Source: a virus (taxonomy: Duplodnaviria; Caudoviricetes). Taken from it: DNA of 64,000 bases. Within the stretch, counting starts at the first letter, position 1. The number at the start of each line of letters is the position of its first letter. This document shows positions 41,768-50,965 of this stretch, piece by piece. The DNA lies in the IMG/VR virus record IMGVR_UViG_3300024269_000048, positions 9,799 through 73,798 of that record; one strand, given 5' to 3'. The position numbers were made by a program, and so were the translations under genes. The notes below the pieces were generated by a model. The model saw nothing but the letters and a program-made list of their open reading frames with translations, was not told the origin of the DNA and made no database searches.

Positions 41768-42157
41768 ATGAATGAAAAAGAAAACTTTATCTTTATTGCA
41801 AGCTGGGCTTCTACCATAGAGTCGTTTGATGAGATGGGTCAGTCCGACATTGCCGGCGAGTTAGCCAAGCAAATTATTTACTACGGCACCAAGGGAGAAA
41901 TGACAACCGACAACCCTATGATTAGAGGTATTGTAGAAGGAATGTGCGTTGCGCTCATTGATCAGTCAAAGAAGAAGTATCAAGCGTGCAAGGTGAACGG
42001 AAACAAAGGCGGCAGACCCGAGGCGTATCCTATCGAAGATATGATTAAGCTTCGAGATGCTGGACTTACCAACGAAGAGATTGCGGATAACCTTGGCTGT
42101 AATGTGCAGACCGTTATTAGAAAGTTGAAATCTTTGCAGTCAGATGATGAAATCTAA
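41768..42157 (+). CDS. DUF6291-like (phage replisome-organiser N-terminal) domain plus HTH
   Basis: FIFIASW...G.L...I..YG...NG.KGGRP followed by G.TNEEIA..LGC...TV HTH. Confidence 0.65.
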   Translation: MNEKENFIFIASWASTIESFDEMGQSDIAGELAKQIIYYGTKGEMTTDNPMIRGIVEGMCVALIDQSKKKYQACKVNGNKGGRPEAYPIEDMIKLRDAGLTNEEIADNLGCNVQTVIRKLKSLQSDDEI

Positions 42158-42189
42158 CACCACAAAATGATTAAGAAAGGAAATTAATA

Positions 42190-43454
42190 ATGTACTACTC
42201 AACTTACCTTACCATTTTACCACTTGCTTATCACCCAGATGCACAAGAAGAAGCATATATCGAACTGACTGATCGAGATATGGATTATATTCGTACAACA
42301 ATGTCGTCAGACTTTGTTGATGTATGTTTTGATGTGCCGCAGATGTTTGTAAGACGTATTAGTGGCGAGTACATCTTTGGTGATGTTTGTGCAGCCACTG
42401 CTGAGATTAATTTATAAATGATTAAGAAAGGAAAACGCATAAATGAAAATTAGAGTTGAATACGACCCTGCCCCTATTCGCCACATTGCCGTCCGGTGTC
42501 CTCGGTGCGAACGCTGGTTCCGTGGTTATGACATCACTAATGACGAATTATCCTATGAATATCAAATCTTTTCTGCGGAATTCGACTGTCCAGTCTGTGG
42601 CGAACATTTTAAAGCCTACGACTACCCCAATGTGACCGTAGAAGAAATTGACTATCCCGATGTTTATAAGGATTGTCTTGAAAGAAAAGAAGTTTGGGAA
42701 TGAAATGGCTGGAAGGAGATAAGGTAATGACGGCAAAAGAACTATTAGAGAAAATTAAACGAGAATTGGACAATTCGACTTCGACTCAATACATATGCGA
42801 AGACGGTAGTGTAATTATCACTGATGTTGGTTGTGTCGAGGATTGGTTTGTTGAATATAGAGAAACGATTGAAAGGGAGATAAAATGATGAACGAAATAA
42901 ATTGGATGCAACAGGGCTGGGAATGTCCTAAGTGTGGAGCGGTGATGGCGCCGCATGTTAGTTGTTGTGTAAATTGTCGCGGTAATAAGGGTGGTGGTAC
43001 CGCTACAACCATTTCCAATCCAATGATAACAAAAGCAAATTGGACTGGAGATGATCCATTAACCGAGCCATCTTCTATTTGCGGTCCAAAAGAAACTGCT
43101 GACGAACAATGGGAACGATACTATTTGAATATTTAAGGAGGAAAGAACTAGCAAATGAATAAAAACATTATATGGGCCTGGGTAATTAAAAACAGTATCG
43201 TAATTCTTGCTTGGACTGTTCTCGCTATCGCATTTAACAAATGGTGGATTGCTCTCTTTGCAATCCTGTTTGTAAACGGTTTAGAAACCAAATATAAAAG
43301 CTATCGAGTCTGCGACCGCTGTGGCAAACAAAGTCCGTATGCCGACAGCCATAATGAGGCTCTTGAGAAAGCAAAGGAAGCTGGCTGGCTTCACATTGTA
43401 GAAGGCAATAAAGATTATTGCCCTGATTGTAGAAAGGAGAACAACTATGTATAA
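42190..43454 (+). other. small hypothetical ORFs, several with Cys pairs (42190-42417, 42443-42703, 42694-42888, 42885-43136, 43155-43454)
   Basis: Co-directional ORFs with RBS. Confidence 0.55.
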
Positions 43455-44016
43455 AGCTTTTATTGAAAATTCGCAAGGAACACAAACTATCTACCTCAAC
43501 AGCCAATCCATTCGAGGATCTTGGATCGAGGGCGACCTTCTGAAAATCCCCTGCGACAAGGATGGTAACCTTGACTACTACATTATTGCCGATGTGGATT
43601 ATCGTGATACCATCTACGACATTCACAGATACGCCCACAAAGTAATCCCCGAAACTATTTGTGAGGCCGTTCCGACTCTCAAAGACGCTAACGGTAAACA
43701 AGTCTATATTCACGACATTGTAGAGTGTCGTGTGATTAGAAACGGTGGTCGTTGGAGTAACTGGGAACAAATTAAAAACATTAATCACGGTAAATGTCGC
43801 ACCTTACCGATGGAAGTTTGTTATGAAGACAATCCCTTCGGCTATGTGAAAGGACTCGTCTACACATTTGAACCTACCAAGGAAGGTAAGGCACTGATTG
43901 AGGAATATGAGAAGCCCGTAGGTGCAGAGAGAACTAGACAGCATATCAATTGGTACAACATCGTCAAAGAAGATGTGTGTGCCGTATTAGGAAATATTTT
44001 TGATAAGGAGAATTAA
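43447..44016 (+). CDS. YopX-like protein
   Basis: WIEGDL...VIPETICE...LKDANGKQVYIHDIV...VLGNIFD. Confidence 0.7.
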   Translation: MYKAFIENSQGTQTIYLNSQSIRGSWIEGDLLKIPCDKDGNLDYYIIADVDYRDTIYDIHRYAHKVIPETICEAVPTLKDANGKQVYIHDIVECRVIRNGGRWSNWEQIKNINHGKCRTLPMEVCYEDNPFGYVKGLVYTFEPTKEGKALIEEYEKPVGAERTRQHINWYNIVKEDVCAVLGNIFDKEN

Positions 44017-44018
44017 TT

Positions 44019-44581
44019 ATGACAGGCGTAGAAATTTTAAATGAATATGTAGTGAGCACTACTCCAGTATGGGTTATAGTGGTATTTATACTTAGCGCAA
44101 CAGGCACATTTGTTTTCGGCGTTGGAATACAAGAGAGCATAAGCGATGTTGCTCAGTGGATTTGTTTGGTTGGTGTAATTATTTGTCTGTTAACAATGAT
44201 GTTCGTAGGTTTGATTGGATTCTGCACCAACGCATTCAATGAATTTAGCCACATCGAATACAAAGTTACCATCGACGACTCCGTCTCAATGAACGAGTTT
44301 CTAGACAAATACGAAATCCTTGACCAAGAAGGCAAGATTTATACAGTAAAGGAGAGAGAATAATGGCAAAACTATTTAAAATTCAGGCATACATCGTAGA
44401 CCCCAACGGAGAGTTTGATACTAACGAACTTGCCGACATAATGGAATATGGTCCATACGATATTCATCTTAGACATATAAACATTAATGAAGCCAACCTT
44501 GGCGAATGGGACGACGACCTGCCCGTCAACTATATTGACTGCCCCGAGGCAGAATTCGAAAAATACTTTAAGGAGAATTAA
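44019..44581 (+). other. two small ORFs (44019-44363 membrane; 44363-44581)
   Basis: ORF track. Confidence 0.55.
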
Positions 44582-44583
44582 TT

Positions 44584-44994
44584 ATGACAGTAAGTGAACA
44601 GATTATTCAGGTTATAGACGCATTGTGCGAAAAATTCGGCATTGCGATCAATTGGACAAGCGAAAATGTAATTCCGTACATTGAGGTGCTGTGCGGAAAG
44701 TTAATTGCATATGAAATTGGTACTTCAATTGCTTGGATGGTAATTATGATATTGCTGAGTATTGCGAGTATTGTGGCTACAAAGAAGCTTGCTCCTACTT
44801 TTAAAAGGGGTTTAGAAGAGCAATCTGAGTGGGATATTGTTTGGACGATCGCTACAACCTTTGCAATTATTGGACTTGTGATCCTTAACTTAGCGACCAT
44901 TATAGTGGTTGGCGTGCAAGTTATGGACATTATCAAGTGTGCTAACTTCCCCGAAATGTATATTTTTGAGTATCTTAGCACATTAATTCAGTAA
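44584..44994 (+). CDS. membrane protein, paralog of 28309-28713
   Basis: VIDALCEKFGIAINW motif, hydrophobic helices. Confidence 0.7.
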   Translation: MTVSEQIIQVIDALCEKFGIAINWTSENVIPYIEVLCGKLIAYEIGTSIAWMVIMILLSIASIVATKKLAPTFKRGLEEQSEWDIVWTIATTFAIIGLVILNLATIIVVGVQVMDIIKCANFPEMYIFEYLSTLIQ

Positions 44995-45009
44995 TAAGGA
45001 GAACCAAAA

Positions 45010-47344
45010 ATGAGAATATGCGATATTTGTAAAACCAGAGAAGCAGCATATGATACTTCTGTTACACTTGATGATAGTGGTTTCACTCGAAAAATCGAAA
45101 CTTGCAAACCCTGTTTTCACGAACTATCCAAGAGAGAGTCGGAACATCAATATCTCGCCTATGTTGAAACCGTCGAGGCAATGACGGGCAAACGCCCACC
45201 TAAGTCTCATTGGTGGGATAGAATTGAATGGTGACCACTTGCCCAATGAATTTTTAAAGGAGAATCAACTATGAACGATGAACTCACAGCCGAAAATCTT
45301 CGGAAACTTGTCGATCAGGCAACATCATATAGCCCACGCAACGAAGTTTTTGTCGCTCCGCCAGTGAGATGGATATATGAGTTACAAAACAACCCCGAAC
45401 GCTTTTATCGTAACGACAAAGACGAGTTAATATGGCTCGGTTATAAGGTCGTGCCCACTCCGACATACTCTAATGACGAGGTTTGTTTTTGGTTGATGGC
45501 AGATAAAATTATTCCAAAGGAGAACACAAATGACTAAATTTAATCCTGGCGACTATGTAAAAATTAAAAACACCAGCAAGTCTAAATACAAAGAGGCTAT
45601 AGGAGTTGTAGAAAGTTACTGTCACGGTCGCAATCCTGATATTTGTCGAGTGAAACTGTGGCGAAATTGTACCATTCAGATATTTGATTATAACTTAGAA
45701 GCATTTAGCGTAAAGGAGAAATAACTATGATTAAAATTGATATAGAAATGCCCCAAAACTGTGCAGAATGTCCCTTTTATAGTGGCTCTCGTTACGGTGG
45801 AGACTGTGCGGCGGCGTATAACGAATTGTACTTTGCCGGTGTTCTTGTGTCTTTTGACCGACACGAGCACTGTCCTCTTGAGGAGGTAGATGAGGATGAA
45901 TAAAGGCTGTGAAACTTGTTGTTTTGGCAAAACTTTCGTTGTCAACAACGAAACACTTTATGACTGCACCCTAGATACTGTAAAAGAAATCAATTGTATA
46001 TTTGGAGGATTTTGTTACTATGCACCCATAGAAGATGCTATAATTCCACCTATGACAAAGGAGAATAACAATGTTTAAACGCAAGAAAAAGAAAACAGGC
46101 GTTCAAACGCCTGAATTTAGAAAACCTACCCCGCCGCCACCACCTCCAACGAGTGGATCTAATGCACAGAAAACAGGCTCGCAAGTTCCACCTCAGTACA
46201 ACCCACCGCCCATGCCACCCGTTAAACCAGCAAAGAAAGAAGAAATTACTTTTAATAGAGTTCAATTATATTGCACTATTGACGACTTAAATGCTTATAT
46301 TCACAAGGCACTAGGAGATAAGCATAAAAACGATGTTTATGTCCCCATTAGCACAACAATCAACAGTCAAAATTTCAATGTGGAAATTGATTTTATGTCC
46401 ATCAACCCAGAAGAAGACGACTACGGTCGCAGAATTAGACTAGAGGTGAAACTATGATGCTCGGAGAGCCTTGTAGATATATAACACCCTGTGGTTGGTG
46501 TTGGAAATGGGATAAGAAGTGTGATAAGAAGATTGGGTGTGAGTCGCCTCCAAGAGGATTAAGAGCAAACATCGGAGTATACGATGACGCTATGAACCCT
46601 TGTGTTACATATGAGCCCTGTCAGTATTGCGAGTCTCACGAATATGGCGACCCCAAGTGTCCAACCTGTAGAAAAGAAAATTATAAGTTTTTTAAAGCAA
46701 TAAAGGAGAACTAATATGGACCAGATACACGAAAACACCCCCAACTTTTACATCTGGACAGTCATAGAAGATGATGGCTATAAACACAGCGAAATGGGCG
46801 TTGCTATGAATATGAAGGACGCCTTTGAACAAGCCACAGAGTATGCTCCCTCTTGGCATAAGTATGTTGAGATTAGGAAATTGACTGCCGAAGAAGCAAT
46901 AGAGAGGCTCGGTCAAGAGCGTTACGATGAATTTATGTCTTATTATAAGGAGGGCTGATATGGACTGCAATGATTGTAAATACTTAATGGTCACCGAAAA
47001 GCAACAAAAAGGAATTAAGCAAGCGGGCTTTGGGTTTGCACCCCATATCTGCACGAAGTTCAATAAGCGAGTATTCCATAGAACTTCAAATAGGATGATG
47101 CATAACAGTTATTTGTATCCATGCGACGAATGTGAAAAGGAGAATGGTTATGACACTTGAAGCAGTATGGTTTAAAAACGGCAAAGAAATAGCATCGGTT
47201 GATCCCGTGTGGGAAGTTAGCAATATCGATGACACTTACAATTTGCACACAATCAGAGTATTCAATGGCTACTATTGGTATTCGGCAAAAGATTGCGATG
47301 AAGAACCAGATGATTTTATAGTTAGAGTTAAGAAAGATGGTTAA
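45010..47344 (+). other. cluster of small hypothetical ORFs including a Pro-rich 128-aa protein (46071-46457)
   Basis: Tightly packed ORFs with GGAG RBS. Confidence 0.55.
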
Positions 47345-47459
47345 GTGCCATTTTTACCTCAAAAACACGCAACTACTTAGACAAAACTCGACTTGGGGTA
47401 CTCTCCTGCGACCGAGAATACCCCTTAGAAACCAAACGCCCTTAAAACGGCAATTACTT

Positions 47460-47544
47460 AATTGTAAATAAATTGTAAATGATTTCATTACCCTCTTGAC
47501 ATTTATTTACTTTTATGCTATTATAATTACACTACAAAATGATT
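47460..47544 (+). promoter_or_regulatory. promoter with tandem TTGTAAA repeat, TTGACA, TATTAT/TATAAT and ACAAAATGATT leader
   Basis: Repeat 47460-47480, -35 47496-47501, motif 47534-47544. Confidence 0.75.
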
Positions 47545-47558
47545 AAAGGAGAAGAATT

Positions 47559-47813
47559 ATGAAGAAAATTTTAGCAACATTTATGATTACCTTGCTTATG
47601 GTTCTCACTCTGACTAGCTGTGGTAACAAACAGATTATCGATTTCACTTACAAGTTCGACAAAGCTATTATTTCTTTGCCCAACGGTGACGTTGTTGAGG
47701 GCAAAGTTGAGAGCTGGACCGATTATGAGGATGGGGATCAGATTCAGATTAAGATTGACGGCGTTACCTACCTTGTGCATAGCTCTAATGTCGTACTAAT
47801 TAAGGAGAATTAA
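47559..47813 (+). CDS. small lipoprotein
   Basis: Signal peptide with lipobox LTSC. Confidence 0.7.
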   Translation: MKKILATFMITLLMVLTLTSCGNKQIIDFTYKFDKAIISLPNGDVVEGKVESWTDYEDGDQIQIKIDGVTYLVHSSNVVLIKEN

Positions 47814-47921
47814 TGAGTATGGAGATTTGGACCAAGACGAAGCCTAAAATTGATGATGAAGGCATTTGGATACCGGCAACTGACTATGTACCCGAGGGGT
47901 GCGAGACAAACTACAAGTTAA

Positions 47922-48362
47922 TTGTGCCTAAAGACATATTTATCGAGGCATATAATAAATGGATTAAGGGGAATGTTGATGAATAAGAAACCGTCAGAAT
48001 ATATAACAGAATTCTTGAACTTCGTCTCTGAGGCGCAGGTTCAGTATAGAATTTGCGAGGAAGAAGTTAATAATCAAGATAAACTCACGCAGGACTACCT
48101 ACACAAACTTGAACTTGGCGAGTTGAAGTGCGACGAACGCAGTAAAGTTGCCACAAAACTGGCTATTAACCGCCAGGATAGGCGCTATTACAAGGACAGA
48201 GTTGAAGAATTCAAGACTATTGTGGACTTTTTTAATGATCCAGTCAATAAGAAGGTGCTTGAGAAGTTGAAGCAAGTACTCGGTGAGACTAGACGCTGGG
48301 AGTCGTATCACAAGGATAGAAAATATAAACCTAGAATTTTAAAGGAGAAGATAAATGGCTAA
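47922..48362 (+). CDS. hypothetical coiled-coil protein
   Basis: ORF; true start probably MNKKPS. Confidence 0.55.
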   Translation: MCLKTYLSRHIINGLRGMLMNKKPSEYITEFLNFVSEAQVQYRICEEEVNNQDKLTQDYLHKLELGELKCDERSKVATKLAINRQDRRYYKDRVEEFKTIVDFFNDPVNKKVLEKLKQVLGETRRWESYHKDRKYKPRILKEKING

Positions 48363-49137
48363 CAAAAATGATTCACTTGGCGACCGCATGAAAGCCAACT
48401 ATGAAAATCGTGCTAAAACTTATTTAGTGCGTCGTATGCCCGTTATTATTAGGCTCGACGGCAAAGCCTTCCACACCTTCACAAGAGGTTTGCAGAAGCC
48501 TTATGACGAGATTTTCCATAACACTATGAACGAGACTATGAAGTATCTCTGTGAGAATATCCAGGGTTGTAAGCTCGGCTACACTCAGTCCGATGAAATT
48601 ACCCTGCTGCTGACTGACTATGATACTCTTACCACCGATGCTTGGTTTGATAATAATGTGCAGAAGATTTGCTCCGTGTCGGCGAGTATGGCAACGATGG
48701 TCTTTAATGATGTTTTTTCAGAGCAGTATCATAATAAGATGTTTGAGGAGGAAGATCCTACTATTAATCCTTATTTTAACACTCTATTTACTAAGTTAAA
48801 CCGAGCAATGTTTGACTCTCGTTGTTTCAATATCCCTATCGAAGAAGTAACCAATTGCTTCATCTGGCGCCAGCAGGATGCCACCCGTAACGCAATCCAG
48901 ATGCTTGGTCAGTGTAATTTCTCTCACAAAGAACTTCACGGCAAGTCTTGTAGCGATATTCAGGATATGCTAATCGACAAAAAGGGTATTAATTTCAATG
49001 ATATGCCGACGGAATTTAAGCGTGGTGTATGCTGCCGCAGAGACGAAGATGGAAAATGGGTGCTTGACAAAGAGATACCCGTATTTACTCAGGATAGAGA
49101 CTATGTTGATAAGACTTTTAAAATAAAAGAGGTGTAA
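48355..49137 (+). CDS. thg1: tRNA-His guanylyltransferase Thg1-like (3'-5' polymerase)
   Basis: RLDGKAFHTFT, YTQSDEI, FDSR, WRQQDATRN motifs. Confidence 0.92.
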   Translation: MANKNDSLGDRMKANYENRAKTYLVRRMPVIIRLDGKAFHTFTRGLQKPYDEIFHNTMNETMKYLCENIQGCKLGYTQSDEITLLLTDYDTLTTDAWFDNNVQKICSVSASMATMVFNDVFSEQYHNKMFEEEDPTINPYFNTLFTKLNRAMFDSRCFNIPIEEVTNCFIWRQQDATRNAIQMLGQCNFSHKELHGKSCSDIQDMLIDKKGINFNDMPTEFKRGVCCRRDEDGKWVLDKEIPVFTQDRDYVDKTFKIKEV

Positions 49138-49139
49138 AA

Positions 49140-49916
49140 ATGGCAAAATTTTTTGTAACATCTGATGTACACGGCTTTTTTGATATATTTCACAAATCAT
49201 TGCTCGATAAAGGGTTTGAAACTGACAATCCAGAGCACCATTTAATTGTTTGTGGAGATCTATTTGACCGTGGTGATCAGGTGGTTGAACTATTTGAGTT
49301 TGTAAAGAACCTAGGCGATAGATTTATTTATGTCGCCGGCAACCATGAGTCGCTTTTATTTGACTGCATGGATGAAATTTACAAAGGAAAAGTGCCTCGC
49401 TCTCACCATTTCCACAACGGTACTGTGAAAACAATATGCCGTTTTTGTGGTCAGAACGAGTGGATTATATACGATCCTGCTTGGCGAGAGAAGATTTGTG
49501 AGGTTATGCAGCCCGTTTTGGACTTTATTAGCGACAATTGCGTGGATTACGCCGAAATTGGAGACTATGTCTTCGTGCATGGTTGGGTTCCTTGCCATCA
49601 GGGGCTAAATGACTTCAGAAATGCCACTATCGAAGACTGGGAGCGTGCAAGATGGGAAAATGGTATGGAAATGTGGAGAAATCCGAGATGCAGGGTCGAG
49701 GGTAAGGCTGTGGTGTGCGGCCATTGGCACTGTTCATACGGTTGGTCTCATATTAGACAGGAGCGAAAAGAGTTCCCCCAAAAGAGTCGTAAGGGTTGGG
49801 AAAAGTCATTTGAGCCCTTCGTGGATGATGGAATTATAGCTATTGACGCTTGTACGGCTTATAGCGACCTGTGCAATGTGATTGTAATTGAGGAGGATGG
49901 CAATGGAAACAATTAA
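49140..49916 (+). CDS. calcineurin-like metallophosphoesterase
   Basis: SDVHG, GDLFDRG, GNHE, VHG, GHWH. Confidence 0.88.
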   Translation: MAKFFVTSDVHGFFDIFHKSLLDKGFETDNPEHHLIVCGDLFDRGDQVVELFEFVKNLGDRFIYVAGNHESLLFDCMDEIYKGKVPRSHHFHNGTVKTICRFCGQNEWIIYDPAWREKICEVMQPVLDFISDNCVDYAEIGDYVFVHGWVPCHQGLNDFRNATIEDWERARWENGMEMWRNPRCRVEGKAVVCGHWHCSYGWSHIRQERKEFPQKSRKGWEKSFEPFVDDGIIAIDACTAYSDLCNVIVIEEDGNGNN

Positions 49917-50202
49917 GGTAACTACGAGACTTTTCTCCGAGGAAAGAGAAACCGTTTTGGTTTATGACAATATAGATAAGGTGTGGAGAATGGATTCTAC
50001 CGTGCCTAAACATTTTAACAAAGCGTTAAAACAGGGCTGGACTCCTACTACTCAATATGTTTATGAGGATGGTATTGTTTGCGGTATGGCGTTAACGGCC
50101 CCTGCTAGAGCAATTACTATTAGAAATACAACAAAGAAGCAAATGTCTGAGAAACAGCTTGGTAATCTGCACGATAATGAAGATGAGGACGACGAAGAGT
50201 AA
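49903..50202 (+). CDS. hypothetical protein (~99 aa)
   Basis: ORF with AGGAGG RBS. Confidence 0.6.
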   Translation: METIKVTTRLFSEERETVLVYDNIDKVWRMDSTVPKHFNKALKQGWTPTTQYVYEDGIVCGMALTAPARAITIRNTTKKQMSEKQLGNLHDNEDEDDEE

Positions 50203-50266
50203 TACATTGACATTTTTAAGTTTTGTATTATAATAAATACGATACAAAATGATTGGAGGTGTTCAT

Positions 50267-50344
50267 ATGTACGGTACTTTTTGGACAATTTATTGGAATT
50301 ATTGGGCAAATAGAAGAAAAGAAGAAACAGAACAGAATGATTAA
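50267..50344 (+). CDS. 25-aa Trp-rich peptide MYGTFWTIYWNYWANRRKEETEQND
   Basis: Hand translation; GGAGG RBS, first ORF after promoter 50207-50234. Confidence 0.5.
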   Translation: MYGTFWTIYWNYWANRRKEETEQND

Positions 50345-50356
50345 GGCGGTGAATAT

Positions 50357-50953
50357 ATGATTATAACTAATGGAACTTGCTCAGTGTATATTCATATGAA
50401 TAAGATTAATGGTAAAGTTTATGTCGGTCGAACCAAGCAAATTCCCGAAAAACGCTATGGGGCAGATGGTTCGCATTATCTTAAGCAGGACAAATATTCT
50501 GGAGAATATCTTCAACCATTGTTTGCTAACGCAATTAACAAATATGGATGGGATAATTTCGAACATGAAGTTGTTGCATCTAATCTTACAGAAGAAGAAT
50601 CCAGAAATTTTGAAAAATTATTAATTGACGCACTTCACTCGAATGAAAAAGAGTTTGGTTATAATATGACCGAAGGCGGAGAGGACTTATCAAACCTCTG
50701 GTCTGAGGAAAGAAAGAGAAAACATAGCAATAGTAGAAAGATTTCTGTTCGCTGCATTGAGCTTGACCAATCATTTGAAACATTGGGACAAGCTGTTAAA
50801 GCAACTAAAATTAGTTCTGAAGAAATTCAAAAATGCTGTTGGAGTCGTGAAAAGAAGAACCGAAAGGGCAAGAAAGATAAAAACGGCAATCATTGGGAAT
50901 TTATTGGTAACGGTAAAAATAATGCTATGAAAAAATCACTATGGGCAAGATAA
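50357..50953 (+). CDS. GIY-YIG homing endonuclease
   Basis: SVYIHMNKINGKVYVGRT, YGWDNF, GYN..EGG, C-terminal NUMOD1-like module. Confidence 0.85.
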   Translation: MIITNGTCSVYIHMNKINGKVYVGRTKQIPEKRYGADGSHYLKQDKYSGEYLQPLFANAINKYGWDNFEHEVVASNLTEEESRNFEKLLIDALHSNEKEFGYNMTEGGEDLSNLWSEERKRKHSNSRKISVRCIELDQSFETLGQAVKATKISSEEIQKCCWSREKKNRKGKKDKNGNHWEFIGNGKNNAMKKSLWAR

Positions 50954-50965
50954 GGTGGTGTATTA

